The notes: generated by a model from the sequence alone, not told the origin. Numbered from the stretch's first letter, positions 1 to 45,080 are shown. The stretch: DNA of 64,000 nt from Flaccisagitta enflata (GCA_965153355.1 OZ231126.1:28396001-28460000), one strand, 5' to 3'. Made by a program: numbers and translations.

Positions 1-329
1 CACAACCGACACATGCGTAATTTGATTAACATTCAATTTACAAAATCGATGAATGCAATCGATGGCGGTGATTTGATGACAGCGGTGAATGTTGCGATAT
101 AGACGATCGGTGATTCGATTATTAGATGCATCATCGCATCTCTAAAAGAGGGTCTGTCCATCCGTCCGTCCGTCCGTCCGTGCGTCCGTCCGTCCCTCCG
201 TCCATCCCTCCGTTGGTATGTCCATTACGCTTCCTCTAATATCGCGCTGATGAGGCATCAAGTTGCCCATTCGGGCTTGTATTATTGTAAGATACAGGTA
301 AAAAAATCAATCCATATTTGATTTAATAG

Positions 330-440
<111 letters not shown>

Positions 441-959
441 CAGAGACAGAGACAAAGAAAAAGAAAGAGAGAGGTGATGAAAGAAAGAAAAGAAGAGAGG
501 AAGATAGCGAATAAGAGGAAGAAAGAAAGAAAGAAGGAATGTAGGTATGTAACGGCTCACCCCTGTGTCCTACAGGACATCGGCCCTTTGGGGCCGCTGC
601 CCAAAAAGGACGAAATTGCAGCTTAATTACCATGAATCGTAAGTCGTAATATCGTTTGATAGTATGATGCATCATGTTGCCTGGATGAAACGACAAGGAT
701 TGCTCATTTTACGTCTGACTAAAGGAGAGATTCTGATCCACGTAAATTGAATGATAGATGCGTGGATGTTCCTAGAAGTCTAGTCACAGATCGTCGCTGG
801 CTAAGTGACTCTACAAGAGGGTCTGTCCGTCAGTCCATCTGCCCGTCTGTTTCCTTTTTGGTCATCGGCTCCAAAGGGGTCAATTACCTAAGCTTTCATA
901 CATATGGGGGATTTTCTTTTTCTCTTTCTTCTCCCATTCCTTCTCCTTGCGACTATTTA

Positions 960-1714
960 CACCGTTTTCAGATCGAAATGTCGCGAAAAGAAGATATATT
1001 ACTCCAAAACTATTCATAGTAATTAGTTTTTTCTTTTTTCCCCTGGTAGATAATTTGATTAAGTTTTGCTACAAGCAAAGAATATCCCACCAACTAAAAA
1101 ATTCAAGCCTCCTACTCACAATAAATGAATATTGCATGTTTCACATTGAAGGATTTTTTTTCCCAACAACTTTTTCTTTACTTTATTTCATAGTTGTCAT
1201 TTCTACACAAATTGAGCTGAATTGCTGGGATTGGTCTAGAATTCAAGAGAATTTAATGTAGATTATGTTGTAAGGAAAAAATGTTCTCACTGATTTTAAT
1301 TTTGAACAATTTGCAGACAATTTTTCAAAATTTTCCCAAATCTTGAGGTTCTTGCGGTATTTTGGGGTCAAAATCAATCATTACTGCATCACATAAGTCA
1401 AATCTTTTAGAATTTCAAACAAAACTTCATTAATTCCTCATAACCAACACTGTAGGACCACTCTTGTTGAAAAAAAGAAGCACTGCTGCTATCTCACCTC
1501 ATTTTTTCCATGAAAAAAGGCCATTTTTGGCTGAAATCGACTAATTTTTGTCATGAAATTTAGAGCAAATATATCAACACTGGGGCTTTTATTCTTTTTT
1601 TTTAACAAAACTTAATCAAATTATCTACCACAGGAAAAAAGAATCAAGTAGTTGTTTTAAGTACTTTAGGAGTAATATATCTTCTTTTCGCGACATTTTG
1701 GTCTGAAAGCGGTG
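960..1714. mobile_element. Non-autonomous DNA transposon with ~110-bp TIRs and CAC...GTG ends
   Basis: CACCGTTTTCAGATCGAAATGTCGCGAAAAGAAGATATATTACTCC versus its reverse complement ending at 1714; TA on both flanks. Confidence 0.8.
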
Positions 1715-4700
1715 TAAAATCAGCTGAAATAGTGATTTCTGAACATTACTTCCCCGCCTGCTCCCATAATGCCCCTGCCCACCAACATTACTGCCCCTGC
1801 CCGCCCGCACTACTGCCCCTGCCCACCTGCCAGCGACTAAGTATTGGCCGTGTATCCGGCCTTGTTAACGGGCCACTCGGTCGCTCGCATGATCTTACCG
1901 ACCACCCCGCTCATTCGCTCGGCAGAGCTCCACCTTGATACATTCACTTTGCTTGTTCCGTTGCTGCGCTCACGGGATCGCTATGCTCACGGGCTTGCCA
2001 CGCTTATCGGCTTGCAAACTCACTTTGCTCATTTCTCATTCCTCTCTCTCATCTTTCTCCATAAGCCAAGTAAGAAAGAATAGAGAGAGAAATAATTGTG
2101 AGATATCTTCTCTTTCTATAAGTAAGCGCTCCTACTCCTCCTCTTCCTCCTTCTTCTTCTCCTCCTCCTCCTCCTCCTCCTCCTCCTCCTCCTCCTTAAC
2201 CACCGCCACTTACATTTCGGTCAAGTATCACCATATTTCCTTTCTGTTGTGTTGTACGAGTCAGTAAGTCAATTGTCTTTCAAAAGTAAATGCAGATTAC
2301 GAGAGCAATTGCCTTGACAAAAAAGCGAAAATTTGCCTGATTCATGACGTCACTTCCGGTCCCAACGCGGAGACGTAAAATTCCGAAAACAACCCTTTCC
2401 CTAGCTCTAACAGATCCCCAAGACACCGGTTCGATTCAAGATGGTCGGAGAATATTTGTTTTTTTGCATATTGTCATTTCGGTACAGGCTAATGATGAGT
2501 GAACGGACTCATGACTCATGAAATGATCCTCCAGGCTACAGCAAATGGAGACACCAAGGGACCTGATTTAACATGGGAAGCGATAAATGTGGTACTAGAA
2601 CAAATAGCTCAAGTAGTTTCTTTGCCTTGGAGGCTGGACGTGTCAGCTCAACACTTCAACGATAAGTCCTTTAGAAATGTATCCGTGTTTACTTAAGAGC
2701 AAAATGATATTAATCCGTCAGACACCATCTGAGACATTGGAGTCTGAGTCTCTCATGCACACCGAAGAAGAAAGGAAATGTAAGAGAGAGAAAAAAAAGG
2801 AAAGGGAGGAAAAAAATCAATCATAGGACCATCGGAAAGAACACACGTAGCGAAGAATACAAAGTAAAGAAAGAAAGAAATGAAATAAAAGAAGACAGCA
2901 GACGCGGAGAAAAACAGTGGAGAATGAATGAATGAATGAATGAATGAATGAATGAATGAATGAATGAATGAATGAATGAATGAATGAATGAATGAATGAA
3001 TTAATTAATGAACGAATAAACAGGTTGGTAGTGCTTCCTAATGTTTTCTGTGTATCTAATATTTATGTGATGGACCTACCGACTGACAAATGGTCAGATG
3101 GACATTGGACAGACATGGCCGCATATTGAGTTGTGATGACGCATCTTAAAATAGAGAGGCTCGTGTTAATCAAAGGCTGATATCATTAATCAATAGGCTC
3201 GTGTTGTAAACCAAACGCTTTTATCATTGATCAATAGGCTCATGTTATTGACCAAGGTTTTTATTATCATTCAAGTGGCTAACGGATTTCAGGGATTTCA
3301 AGGAACCAAGAATTAGTATCTGTTTGGCGGAATTCCGTCAAAAGAGGGTCCGTTGGAGCTGGGTTCAACTGTACTCAAAACGGCCTTCGTCTCGGTTGGG
3401 ATCCTTTTGTTTTTAGTCGCTGAGATCGAGGAGAAAAGCGACATTCTACATGAACGCCATCTGCAGTCAATAGTCGTCAAGTCATTGTCAACAACTACCT
3501 AGGTGTCATCTTCATCGTCGTAACTTGTCGCCATCCTCGTCATTGTCTGCTTTGTAATTCGTTTAAATCACTGTTCCTGCCCACAACCATTCCACCACTG
3601 ACCCTACTCAAACTCCTATGTTATCTTTTGTACCACAGCACAGCCCCTCCCCACTCGCACGTGAACAGAAGAGCAGAAACCTCGTAAAAAACTCCAACGA
3701 TCTTATTTTCTCCCTTCTGTTGATAGTAGTTACATGTCACATGCTCCCATCGCGAGTATCATTTAAAACATGCAAGTTAAAGCTCAAAATCGAGAAGATT
3801 GAGAAGCGGCGGAATTATTACAAACGATGACGCAAGTGGTTAGTTTTACCAGAAATAGAATAAATCCAACTCGAAAGAAGAACTGCAATGATCGGCCAAT
3901 CAGAGAATCGACCGAGCAAAAAAAAGTTCCGGCCCAGGGGTTTCCCCACACATTAGTCTACTTTAAAGGAAGTATTCTAAATCAGGATCGCTGAGTCACA
4001 GTCCCATCATTTATATGATATCAGGAAATAGAATCATTTTAGGCCCGAAATCATTTGTTTCTTACCAAATATCAATGTAGATAGACCCAATTTATCCCCT
4101 TGGTTTAGATTCAGGGCAGGGCATTCATATAGAGGACAAGGTATAAACCTCAGAGTACTAAATGAACTCAAAAGTGCAATTTGCTGAGATCTAGGAAAAT
4201 GGAGTAAAAATACCCTCATACGTAAAATGCAAAATTCAGGGCCGTCAGCCATGACAATGCAAGACGGAGACTTGAACTACATAGTCAGTAGATGATAGAA
4301 CCTAAATGTATAAGCGGCTAAGATTTTCTACTAAGTAAACATGTTTCAAACAGATCTATTTTTATGGCGCAAATCACCTAATGCCATTCTATTTCCTGGA
4401 CTTGTGGGGGTGGAGTAAGACTGACGACCTCAGCTGGCGTTTTATTTTGGTAATCTGCAGTTCTACACTTCCTTTTATCATAGGATTTTTTTCTATCTCA
4501 GACTTTGAAAATTTGAACCTTATAATCTTTCTCCTTCCGAAGCTTCTTCAGATTTGTTGACGATAACAGTTTAAAGATCAGTTCGTCTTTGCTTCTCCAG
4601 ACCCAGTAATGGGAAACTCCGCAATTCTCAGTAAATCACGCTTAACTTGATTGTAGGTCGTCGAATTTGACCTCAACGTCATCCGCTTATACCAAAAGTG

Positions 4701-4749
4701 ACATCTTTGGGAGTATGCATCACTCATTCTGTAGATCCAACAGTTAACG

Positions 4750-16056
<11,307 letters not shown>

Positions 16057-16559
16057 TAGCTTTTAACTTTTTGATTGAATGTAGTGGTTCAAATGGAAGA
16101 AGGTTGTTATTATACTTAGGGTTGTAAAATGATAATCTACATTATGACACTCTAACTTAGAGTCTAGTCAATATTTGACTCTACTTATTGGTATTCTGTG
16201 ACTTTATCTTCGATCAAAGTTTTTTTCCTATTGATTTTTTGACAAAAGTTTCTCCTAGGTATGTGGGAGCTTTTGACCGCTTCCGATTTGGTAGGTGGGA
16301 TAGCAACTAGCGTTTGAACTGCAAAGCTGAAGCGGGAGCGGAAGCAGTGGAAGCGGCATAAAAATCAACTGCTTCCCCATCCCTAGTTTCTTGTATAACT
16401 GATACTTTTGTTCTTTGATTCAGGAGCTAACCATGAGCAAGAGATCGTTTCACTGCAAGAGTTTAGAATTGGGGTATTACCCTACACTTTCACAAATGAT
16501 TAGGTCAAGCGGTTTTTTTAGGCCAAAAAGAGCCGAGAATCGCGGTATTTGCACGGGTG

Positions 16560-16845
16560 TAACGGACGGACATACAAACGAATTGACGGAAGGACAGACA
16601 GACGTATGGACAGACAGATAGACGGACGGACAGACGGAAGGACGGACGGACAGGCGGCTGGACGGACAAACGAACGGACGGACGGGCTGACGGACGGACA
16701 GATGGATGGACGTACGTACGGACGTACGGACGGGCGGACGGGCTGACGGACGGACGGGCTGACGGACGGACAGATGTATGGACGTACGGACGGACGGACG
16801 GACGGACGGATGGATAGATGGACGGATCGGCGGACGGACAGACCC
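16560..16845 (+). repeat. (GGAC)n-type tract, core of a dispersed element
   Basis: Seen directly; the flank resembles the reverse complement of 120-160. Confidence 0.85.
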
Positions 16846-17269
16846 TCTTTTAGATATGCGTACCTGACGGACGCATCTAAAAAGCCAATGGCTAACGGGG
16901 GAAGTGAGAGACCGGAAACGGCATCGTGAAAAAGGGAGAGCCACAACTCAATTACAAGAGGCTTATTTGTAGCCAGTTGTTTTCTTCATCATGGCTGACT
17001 CCCCGAGTTGGTTGTCCTGACGAGGATTATCATAAAATCAAGTGACAGCGCAAACGCAGGGAGAATGTAATTATCGATAAACGAGAGGTGAGTCAAATCA
17101 AAATGAGAGGCAAATAAGCTCGTAAGTGCAAGGTTTCAATTACTTCCCCTGTACTGTCCTGCCGCAACTCATACTCAGCCTATCGTCTCGCAACTCATAA
17201 TCGGGTTAAAACTGTTACACTGCCATTTTCCATCACTGGGAAAAAAATGTCAGTTTTAATTTATCGTCC

Positions 17270-17360
<91 letters not shown>

Positions 17361-17711
17361 ATATTGAAACTGCTTGAGGGTTAGAGACTGGATGTCACAT
17401 AGGGGGCATGATGGTGAAAAGCGATGGTAGCTTGCAAAAACGTCTAGTTGCGACTCTGGACACAAGCATTGGTTGAGTAGGATGACCAAACAGGATGATG
17501 GCCTTTTCCATTACTGGTCTCTGATGATGTCACAGACAATTTGTCATATTGCTGTCACTCGCGAATGACCGGCGAGAAAGTAAGTCCTTTCATTTCATGC
17601 ACATACAGACACGTCACGTCACTGAAAAAACAGGTCGCCCATGGGCAATATGTGGTCAGCGATCCCCGTTGCCCTGCTCTGCATGATTGTGAAAAAAAGT
17701 GAGAGGAAGCA

Positions 17712-18084
17712 GGGCAGCAGCTCCGAACAGGATGAAGTACTGTAGAACACAGGGGGACTTTTGTTCGTCCGTCCGTCCGCCCCCCTAGGCCCTCACAGCC
17801 CTGAAATATGCCCTCTCAGGCCTGAAATCTGCCCACTCAAGGGAATCTGAGAGGACAGATTTCAGGCCTGAGAGGACAGATTTCAGGCCTGAGAGGGCAG
17901 ATTATAGACCTGAGAGGGCAGATTCAAGGCGTAAGAGGGCAGATTTCAGGCCTGAGAGGGCAGATTTCAGGCCTGTGAAGGCCTGCAGGGGACGGACAGA
18001 AAGACAAACGGACAAATGGACAAACGGACAAACAAAAGTCCCCCAGTATTCTATAGGACTTCGTACCCTTCGGCGCCGCTGCCC
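17712..18084. mobile_element. Second copy of the inverted-end / 21-bp-array element
   Basis: Same terminal motif in opposite orientations; CCTGAGAGGGCAGATTTCAGG arrays inside. Confidence 0.7.
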
Positions 18085-18228
18085 AAAAAAGAAAAACCGA
18101 AACTTCTTTTTCATTCGATGGAAACTGCCACTTGACTTTGTGTCCTCTCTTCTTTCTTTGACCCAGGGCCACAGTCTTGCCGATTATTTGTCACAACGAC
18201 CATGAAGACGACCGTGCTGACCTTTTTG

Positions 18229-18338
<110 letters not shown>

Positions 18339-18938
18339 GACCGGCGTGGCGGACTAACAAAGATTAGTGCAAACAGTAGTGTTTCTTCGCGCTTACGCCT
18401 TTTTTTCGTAGCCCCACCCAATGGGACATCAGCAATGACTACTTGCAGGAGAATTGCCAAGCAGAAAAAAAGCTTTAATTGCTCTATATGAATTAAACAA
18501 CTACATTTTCCTTTTACACAGAGCTTTTCTGAAGGCACTTCCGCTACCTGACCACGAATTATTACCGCTAGAAAAATTGATTTGCTTAATGCTTATATTT
18601 CTTGACTTCATTACCCGGTCATATTGGTAAGTTATGTTATGTGACTCAAGTCAATAAACTACGATTGTTGACAATACAGCATCATAACAAACAGTCACCG
18701 CAGCCAGAATCACGAATAGTTCATACAACGGACAGACATGTGGAGAAATGAAATGACAGATGGATGCGAAACTGGGATATCTGTTCTATGAAAGAGCTAT
18801 AACGGAAGATAACTATGAAGAATAGCCTGTACTGAAATGACTAAAACCAAATAAATCGAAATTCTACGAGCAATTCATTTTGTGGAGCTGTCTTGGGCTT
18901 CTATTGTCATCATTTTCAGCTTTAAAAGTTTACATCTT

Positions 18939-19351
18939 GGTTTCCGCGCCTTACCTTGAACTTCCCATGGGTCAATAGGAAAATAAAAATTTCAAATTGC
19001 TCAAATCAAAATTTTGACTGCAGATTTGAAATCTGCATGAAAAACTGTCTGTTGAAAGTGCTTTTCTTTTCTCAAAATTCTTTCGGGATCATTATCAAAA
19101 TCCACGCTAAAAATTTTTAAAGAAGGTAAGTTCAATGGTTTTACAAAGAAATTAAAAGGAAAGGTATGTTTCGCAATATTTGACAGCACTTTTGACCACC
19201 TTCTAATTGGAATATCAAAAAAAGGAAAACACTTTCAATTGACAGTTTTTTCTGCAGATTCCAAATCTGCAGTCAGAATTGGAATTTGAGAACTTTGAAA
19301 TTTTGGATTTCCTATAGGGGTAGGGTTTATAGAAGGTAAGGCGCGGCCACC
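18939..19351. mobile_element. MITE with ~125-bp imperfect TIRs
   Basis: CCGCGCCTTACCTT...CTGCAGATTTGAAATCTGCA...AAAAACTGTC mirrored at the right end; no clean TSD. Confidence 0.7.
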
Positions 19352-19711
19352 TAAAAGTAGAATTTCAAAGCCAATATTGATTTCAATAGAAGCCTGAGAC
19401 AGTTCCACAACATGATCTGCTCGTAGAATGTTTATTTTATTGCTTTTTGTCATTTAGGTACAGGCTAATGAAGAAGCTTTTACTCTAATCTGTTGGCAAA
19501 AATGAATTTACCATGCCCAATGCGTCTATCAGTCAACTCAAACATTACATTTTCCAGATCAAGCTTGACAACAGATGTCTTTTCATTCCCGCAGATTTGT
19601 CTCTTTTAACGGTTAAGACATTACCGATGCATAACCTACATCAAGACTCGGACCAGTAATCTCGGTAATTACTATTTCGTTTGCCCTTTGCTCTTTCTTT
19701 CTTTCTTTCTC

Positions 19712-19765
<54 letters not shown>

Positions 19766-20042
19766 TTTCTTTCTTTCTTTCTTTCCTTCATCTTCAGATT
19801 TCATTTCTGTCTCATTAGATTGATACATGCGGTGTAACCTCATCAGCTCGACCCCCGCGCTAATGATGGTCCCAACTGGTTTCCAGATACAATTGTGAAA
19901 AAAAAATGGAAAGATGTGGGAAAGCAATGGAAATGGGAAAAAGAAAGGGAAAGAGAAAGGAAAGAGAAGAAGAAAGAGAAAAGGGTACACATTGTTTTTT
20001 AGAGTTGGGAACTACACCGTTGTTCATACGAGACTACTGCAG

Positions 20043-20556
20043 TTGGGTGCTTCACATAGCAAAAGTTGTTTACTTCTTTTCACCCTCTTTACCCATTGTG
20101 GAGTGGCCAAATTTAAGACCTTTACCATTTTTCTTTTATCAAAAATCATTCATCTTCCGGTTTTTAGAAAATTGTTTTTGAGGACCTAATTTGCATAATG
20201 CAGTGGAATAAAACAATATACTGATATTCTTTGAATTAACTTTTACAAATTTTTATTTTCATAGAATTGTTAATCTGCCTTTTTATGAGCTTTTTCATAG
20301 CTTATATTCTTATATCTTAGTTTATTTTTACAAATATCATGAGTTTTTAAAACAAATAATTGTCCTTTTTATAACAAAACTACACAGGATTTTGCTGAAT
20401 TCAGGGAAATCTGTGGAAACTTTGGGGCCAAAACAAAAACGGAAGATGAAGGAATTTTGAAAAAAGGGAACTGGTCATCTTCATGATTTTTGTTTCTCCA
20501 CATTACCCAAGTAGGGTGAAGGGATACTCCTAACTTTTGCTATGTGAAGCACCCAA
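20043..20556. mobile_element. Mutator (MULE)-like MITE
   Basis: TIR TTGGGTGCTTCACATAGCAAAAGTT; 9-bp direct repeat CTACTGCAG at 20034-42 and 20557-65. Confidence 0.75.
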
Positions 20557-20864
20557 CTACTGCAGGTTGAAAAGCTTCTTTTATGTGAACATGATCTGTC
20601 AGTCAATTTCTTTTTACTCCTTTTTAGTTGGTTGCACGCGACTCTACACCTTGGTTTGTCGGTTTGCCGTCCATCCATAACATTGTTGAATTTTGACAAA
20701 TCTTTATTGAATTTCGGGCTTTTTTGTGTGGAGGAAGGGAGGAAGGTGGGGGGGGGAAGGAATGAAGGAATTAAAGGGAGGTAGGAAAGAAAGGAAGGAA
20801 AGAAGTAGTATGTTTGTATGTATGTATGTATGTATGTATGTATGTATGTATGTATGTATGTATG

Positions 20865-20895
<31 letters not shown>

Positions 20896-21505
20896 ATATG
20901 TATGTATGTATGTATGAATTTATGTAGTTGTGTGTGTAATCTTAAAACGGAGCACGCGACTGTTGGCCCATTGGCTTGTTTTCCTCGAAAGAGTATATTT
21001 AAAGTTGTGGAAAGACAAACTTACGTACGCGTATTCTTTTTTTTTTTTTCAACCTGCTGGAAAAAGTTGGTGAGCTTATTTCCAGCTTGAACGACTTTAA
21101 CGCGCTTCAGTGGGAATTCCTGGGCTCAAGGGCGCTTCAGGCGTAAGGAGACAAAAATGCGCTTCAGATAGAAACAGAGACGGAGACAGAGCCACAGAGC
21201 CACAGAGCAGCTGCTAAATTGAGACGTAGCTGCTATAACTCAAGTTGGGAGACGGATGAAAAGGCAGAAATTCATGGAGTCGATGGCATCTGAAAATGAG
21301 GCAGTGGCCTGCTTGAGAGATATAGATAATGACAACATTGACGAGATGGCCTAAAAGACACTTTAATGGCATGGGGGAATGTAGAATTGAATAGAAGTAA
21401 CAGAAAGGAAACAATGAAAGCTGATTAAGACTAAGATAACAAGTTTTTAGGGAGGAAAGCTTTCGCGAAAGGAAGAAAAAAAGGAAGAGAAAATGGGAGA
21501 AAGTA

Positions 21506-21554
<49 letters not shown>

Positions 21555-22239
21555 GTTAAACAGACATAAAGGCAAACAGACCGAGAAACAGACGGAAAAT
21601 TGGTATTCAGCAAGACAGGCTTATCCAGATAGTAGGACCGAAAGATAACAATAGACTGACTGACAGGACGCAGGAAGAAACACATGTACACAAGGCCTCT
21701 TTCATATTTTTCAGTTTGGGTATAGTGAGGGATATTGCTCGACTTGTCATAGAGAAATAGACAGATCGATGCATATAATGAACACGCCGATCAAGTTAGT
21801 AAGGGTTTCAAACAGGCTTGTATAAAGTTGAGTATTTCCCCCCCCTCAAACAGGCGTGTATAAAGTTGAGTATTCCCCCCCCCCCATCATGGAGATGGGG
21901 AACACAATCAAATACTAGAAAAGAAGAAAAAATAAATTTCTTGAAGATTTAACACTCATGGTAGTTCCAAAAGGTGATATTTGATATTTTGATTACTACT
22001 ACACAATTTAACACCAAACATAAAATATACTGTTGTATTGCTTTGAGGGGAAGAAAAACAGAAATTTTGTAACACGATGCGATGTGTCGCGAGGAAGAAA
22101 CACAAAGGCAGGAGGGGGGAGGCAATAACATCAATAGCCAGTCAATTATATACACCCGTGGTTTAGAATCGCGCTGTTGGAGATGAGGAAAGTAACAACT
22201 GAACAACAAAACAACCATAAAACGGATAAAAACAACAGA

Positions 22240-22660
22240 AACAATTGAACACGGTGCTAGAGGCTGTTGGAAATGCGCTAGAACCGCTATCGTTAAACAC
22301 AACAGGACAGAGGAAAACATCAACTAAGCAAAACAACAGAAAAAAAAAACCAGCAAAGTTTGGACACGGCGCCCAAGGCTGTTGGAAATGCGTTAGAATC
22401 GCTATTGTACAACACAACACAACGGAGGAAAACAACAACTGAACAACAGAAAAACCAAAGAACTAAAATAAAAAACAGCGACAATTGAACACGACGCTTA
22501 AGGTTGTTGGAAATGCGCTAGAATCGCTATTGTCCAACACAACAGAACAGAGGAAAACAACAACTGATCAAAAGAACAACCAAAAAACGAAAAAAAAAAA
22601 CAACAGCAACAATTGAACACGGCGCTTAGGGCTGTTGGAAATGCGCTAGAATCGCGCTTG
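22240..22660. repeat. ~120-bp tandem repeat, ~3.5 copies
   Basis: GGCTGTTGGAAATGCGCTAGAATCGCT-like core recurs four times. Confidence 0.85.
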
Positions 22661-22761
22661 AACAACTCAACTAACTCAATTCTCTGGAAAAGGCGAAAAG
22701 GAAACGATTTCGATTTGAAACCAACTTTGTTTTCTTTTTTCTTTCATGAAATTTAGGAGAA

Positions 22762-22863
<102 letters not shown>

Positions 22864-22891
22864 TGTGAGTGTGAGTGTGAGTGTGAGTGTG

Positions 22892-22939
<48 letters not shown>

Positions 22940-23544
22940 TGTGTGTCTGTGTGTCTGTGTGTCTGTGTGTCTCTGTGTGTGTGTGTGTGTGTGTGTGGCT
23001 GTGTTTGCGTGCGTGCGCGCTTATATCTGTGTTTGCGCATTCACGTAAACATGAGCGCGTGATAGATATTTCTATTTCACCCGTTACGAATGCAATCAAT
23101 TCTGTGGATTCTCCACGCTTTGACACATCCGTCTCTTTATTTCATGGAGAAAATTGAATAAGTTTAAGTTTAAACACTCTCCATCGATACGTGACAGTCC
23201 GGTACTCTTTCGTATTTTTGACGTTTAAAAAAAGACACGCCTGGCGCATTTTTTTTTGGGGGGGGGGGGGCGGGGGAGGGGCCTCCCCGAGTTTTTGGGG
23301 CGATGTTTTGCAGTACTGCCCCTGCCCAGTGACCGGAATACCTTCAGCATCACTGCCCCTGCCCACGCTTATTTCTGGCCCTGCCCACCAGTGAATCTTT
23401 GTTCATCAGGATAATGATCGTTCGGTTGTTGGTATGTTCGTAGCCATACTACCAAATTCCTATATTACTCTTCCTCCTTACTTCCTCCTTTCTTCATTTC
23501 CCCCCCCCCCCCCCCGCCCTGAGATGCACCATTCCCTTTGTCCT

Positions 23545-23890
23545 CCAACACCCCGCGGGCCCGATGTCCTCCCATTCCCGTTCTTCTGCGGACCACCCCT
23601 GGGGGCCCAATGTCTTCCCGTTCCTAAGGGTCTTTATCTCCCACGGATCACCCCTGGGGGCCCCGATGTCCTCCCATTCCCGTTCCTAAGGACCTTCTTC
23701 TTCTACAGATCACCCCTGGGGTCCCGATGTCCTCCCGTTCTTGTTTCTAAGGGCCTTTATCTCCCACCGATCACCCATGGGGGCCCGTTGTCCTCCCATT
23801 CCCGTTCCTAAGAACCTTCTTCTTCTACGGACCACCCCTGGGGGCCCGATGTCCCCCCATTCCCGTTCCTAAGGGCCTTCATCTCCCACG
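23545..23890. repeat. GC-rich minisatellite (~60-bp degenerate unit)
   Basis: CACCCCTGGGGGCCCGATGTCCTCCCATTCCCGTTCCTAAGG recurs about six times. Confidence 0.85.
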
Positions 23891-23934
23891 ACGGGCCACC
23901 TGCGCAATTTCTTCATCTTTTTCTCGACTCTCAC

Positions 23935-42544
<18,610 letters not shown>

Positions 42545-42545
42545 C

Positions 42546-42740
42546 TTTTGTTGTTTTGTTGTTTTGTTGTTTTGTCGTTTTGTCGTTTTGGTATTTTGTT
42601 ATTGTTGTTATGTTGTTATGTTGTTAAGCTGTTTTGTTGTTTTGGTGTTTTGTTGTTTTGTTGTTTTGTTGTTTTGTTGTTTTGTTGTTTTGTTGTTTTG
42701 TTGTTTTGTTGTTTTGTTGTTTTGTTGTTTTGTTGTTTAT
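42546..42740 (-). repeat. (AAAACAAC)n-type tract abutting the kinesin start codon
   Basis: Plus strand TTTTGTTG repeats. Confidence 0.9.
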
Positions 42741-42994
42741 TCTTTAGTCGGCTCTCTTTGTTTTCGTTTCTTTTCAATCTATGCTTGCCTTATTTTCCTC
42801 TGTTGTCTGACTTAATGTCTTGTGTCCTGTTTAACGTTGTGACCACCGTTTCCTTTCCCTCTTTCCTATTTTCTTCGCGCTGCTCTTTTTTCTTTCTGTT
42901 TCTTGTAAGGGTGTCTTTTTTGCTTTATTGCCTTTACTTAGGCTTGTGGCAAGTCAACCATGAACCTAAATGATGGGATGGATGTTTGTAGAAC

Positions 42995-43047
<53 letters not shown>

Positions 43048-43157
43048 GTTGTAGTTGTTGCTTTTTTAATCTATTTGGTTGTATTTTTGTTGCTGTTGGT
43101 TTTTTCTTTTTTTTCTTTTTTTATTTGTTGTTTTTGTTGTTGTTCTTGAAAAAAAAT

Positions 43158-43236
<79 letters not shown>

Positions 43237-43495
43237 CTCACTCACTCCTTGGTGATGACCGTTAATAAAAGAGCGTCGCGCTTGAAAAAGGGTTTATGAT
43301 CTAGATGAGAAGATCAGATGAGATCAGAAGAGCGCTGTGCCAGAAAGAACATAATGATCTAGATGAGAAGATCAGTGAGGATCAGATGAGGATCACAGCA
43401 AAGTTGGATGAAGTAGCGGAGATCGTGACGGTGAGATAATCATTAATCAGACCAAAGCCAAGCAAAGCCAAGCGCGAGATGCAGATAACCTCCTC

Positions 43496-43569
<74 letters not shown>

Positions 43570-44879
43570 TTGTTTATAGGTGTCATATTGCATTGGTCGC
43601 ACTGATGTAACATGTACTTATTGACATCCAATATTGGCATCTCACTTCCAAAGACTGTCCAGCTGAAAAGAAACTACAAAGAACGGAAAAAAACCTGTCA
43701 GATTAAAAGAATTGCCATACTTGGACAGTGAAATTCAAAAAGTGCATCCCCACCAATCTAAGGGACGCAACATTGTCCTATAACCGCTTGCAGATAGACA
43801 GGGGCAGAAGCTGTTTGGAATTTGGTCATGGTACATCTCATAAACTCATTGCAATGGGCGATGATGTTAGCAGTCTTCTCGCATCGACCCGAAAAGCCCA
43901 AAACGATCGGATCAACACGAACAGAACGATTGTCTGATGGATTGACAGACATATCATAATAACGAATGTTGATGAGTTCCCGAACCGCAAATCGGCATCA
44001 TTAATGTACCCGCATGATGTAATAAATGTATAGTATTGCATAGTTATAAACTAATAATGTCTTTTTTTCTACACACTTTAACCGATAAAACTTGTGTATC
44101 AAAAACTCTTCTTATTTGCGTGGAGGCGATTCTATGTTGACCGGTCCGTCGGATTTTCTTTCTTCTTTTTTTCATTGCTACTAATGGTTTCTGCAACGCT
44201 GCCCTTAACCAAAATTGTTGATTTAATGTATCACTGCCAAGTGCCAACCAACAAGCGACAAAAACAGTCGATTATTCTGCCTTGTTGGTTATTTTACCAT
44301 CCGTTGAATCAACGAGATTGTCCGTAAATCAAATGCAGGGGGGGGGGAGTCAACAGCGACCCAATTTCATACATCCTTGTCGATATCACAACCGCAACTC
44401 TTTTTTTCTGTATCAAGTCTTTTCTTGGGTCTTGCGTGTATATACTATATAGTAAATAAAATCAAAAGGTTTGGAGATGGGGAAGAAAATAAAAGTCTGG
44501 AAAAGAAGAAAATTTTTTTTTTGAAAATTCAACACCTTAATGGTAATTACAAAAGATGATATTTGATACTACAACACAATTTAACACTATTTAAACCTTT
44601 AATACACTGTTTTAATGCTTTGTGGGAAAGAAAATCATAGATTTTGTAACGCGATGCGATACATCGCGGGGAAGAAAATCAAAGGCAGGGGGGAGGAAGA
44701 AATTAAAAGCCACTCAATTATATAGAGTAGATGTCGTCTAGATTTTGAAATATGGGGGAACTCATATAAGGAAAACAATTAAATGTAAAGGATTGATATT
44801 TGGAATATGAACTAATAAGAGGATACTCTGTGAGATATCATTAACTTTTTTGGAAATATTTTATTTTTCTTCTTGTCAG

Positions 44880-44960
44880 CGTGAAGCACAACCGTTTGCG
44901 TGTCACTGAAGCGTCTTCAAATCATTTGACTTGAACTCAGCCGGAATTAAGTGGTTACTG
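44880..44960 (+). other. Putative 5'-UTR exon of the GPCR
   Basis: Acceptor tttttcttcttgtcag| at 44879, donor CTG|GTGAGT at 44961, matching acceptor ttttttcaactgcttcag| at 45073. Confidence 0.45.
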
Positions 44961-45080
44961 GTGAGTCGAAACGGTAACAACCGACAGACGGATTGTGTCA
45001 ACTAGTTTTTGCCAGTTTATCCATCAACTCTGCTATAATACAAATGACCAATGACTTTTTTCAACTGCTTCAGGTCAACC

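Noticed and set aside
2499-2696. 65-aa plus-strand ORF (similar short ORFs near 4580-4735, 19790-19900, 21225-21355)
   Set aside because: No family motif, and none matches the missing kinesin exons
45051-45080. Upstream ATG as the GPCR start
   Set aside because: It falls in a pyrimidine tract/acceptor ending at 45073; ATG 45081 has the better context (ACCATGG)
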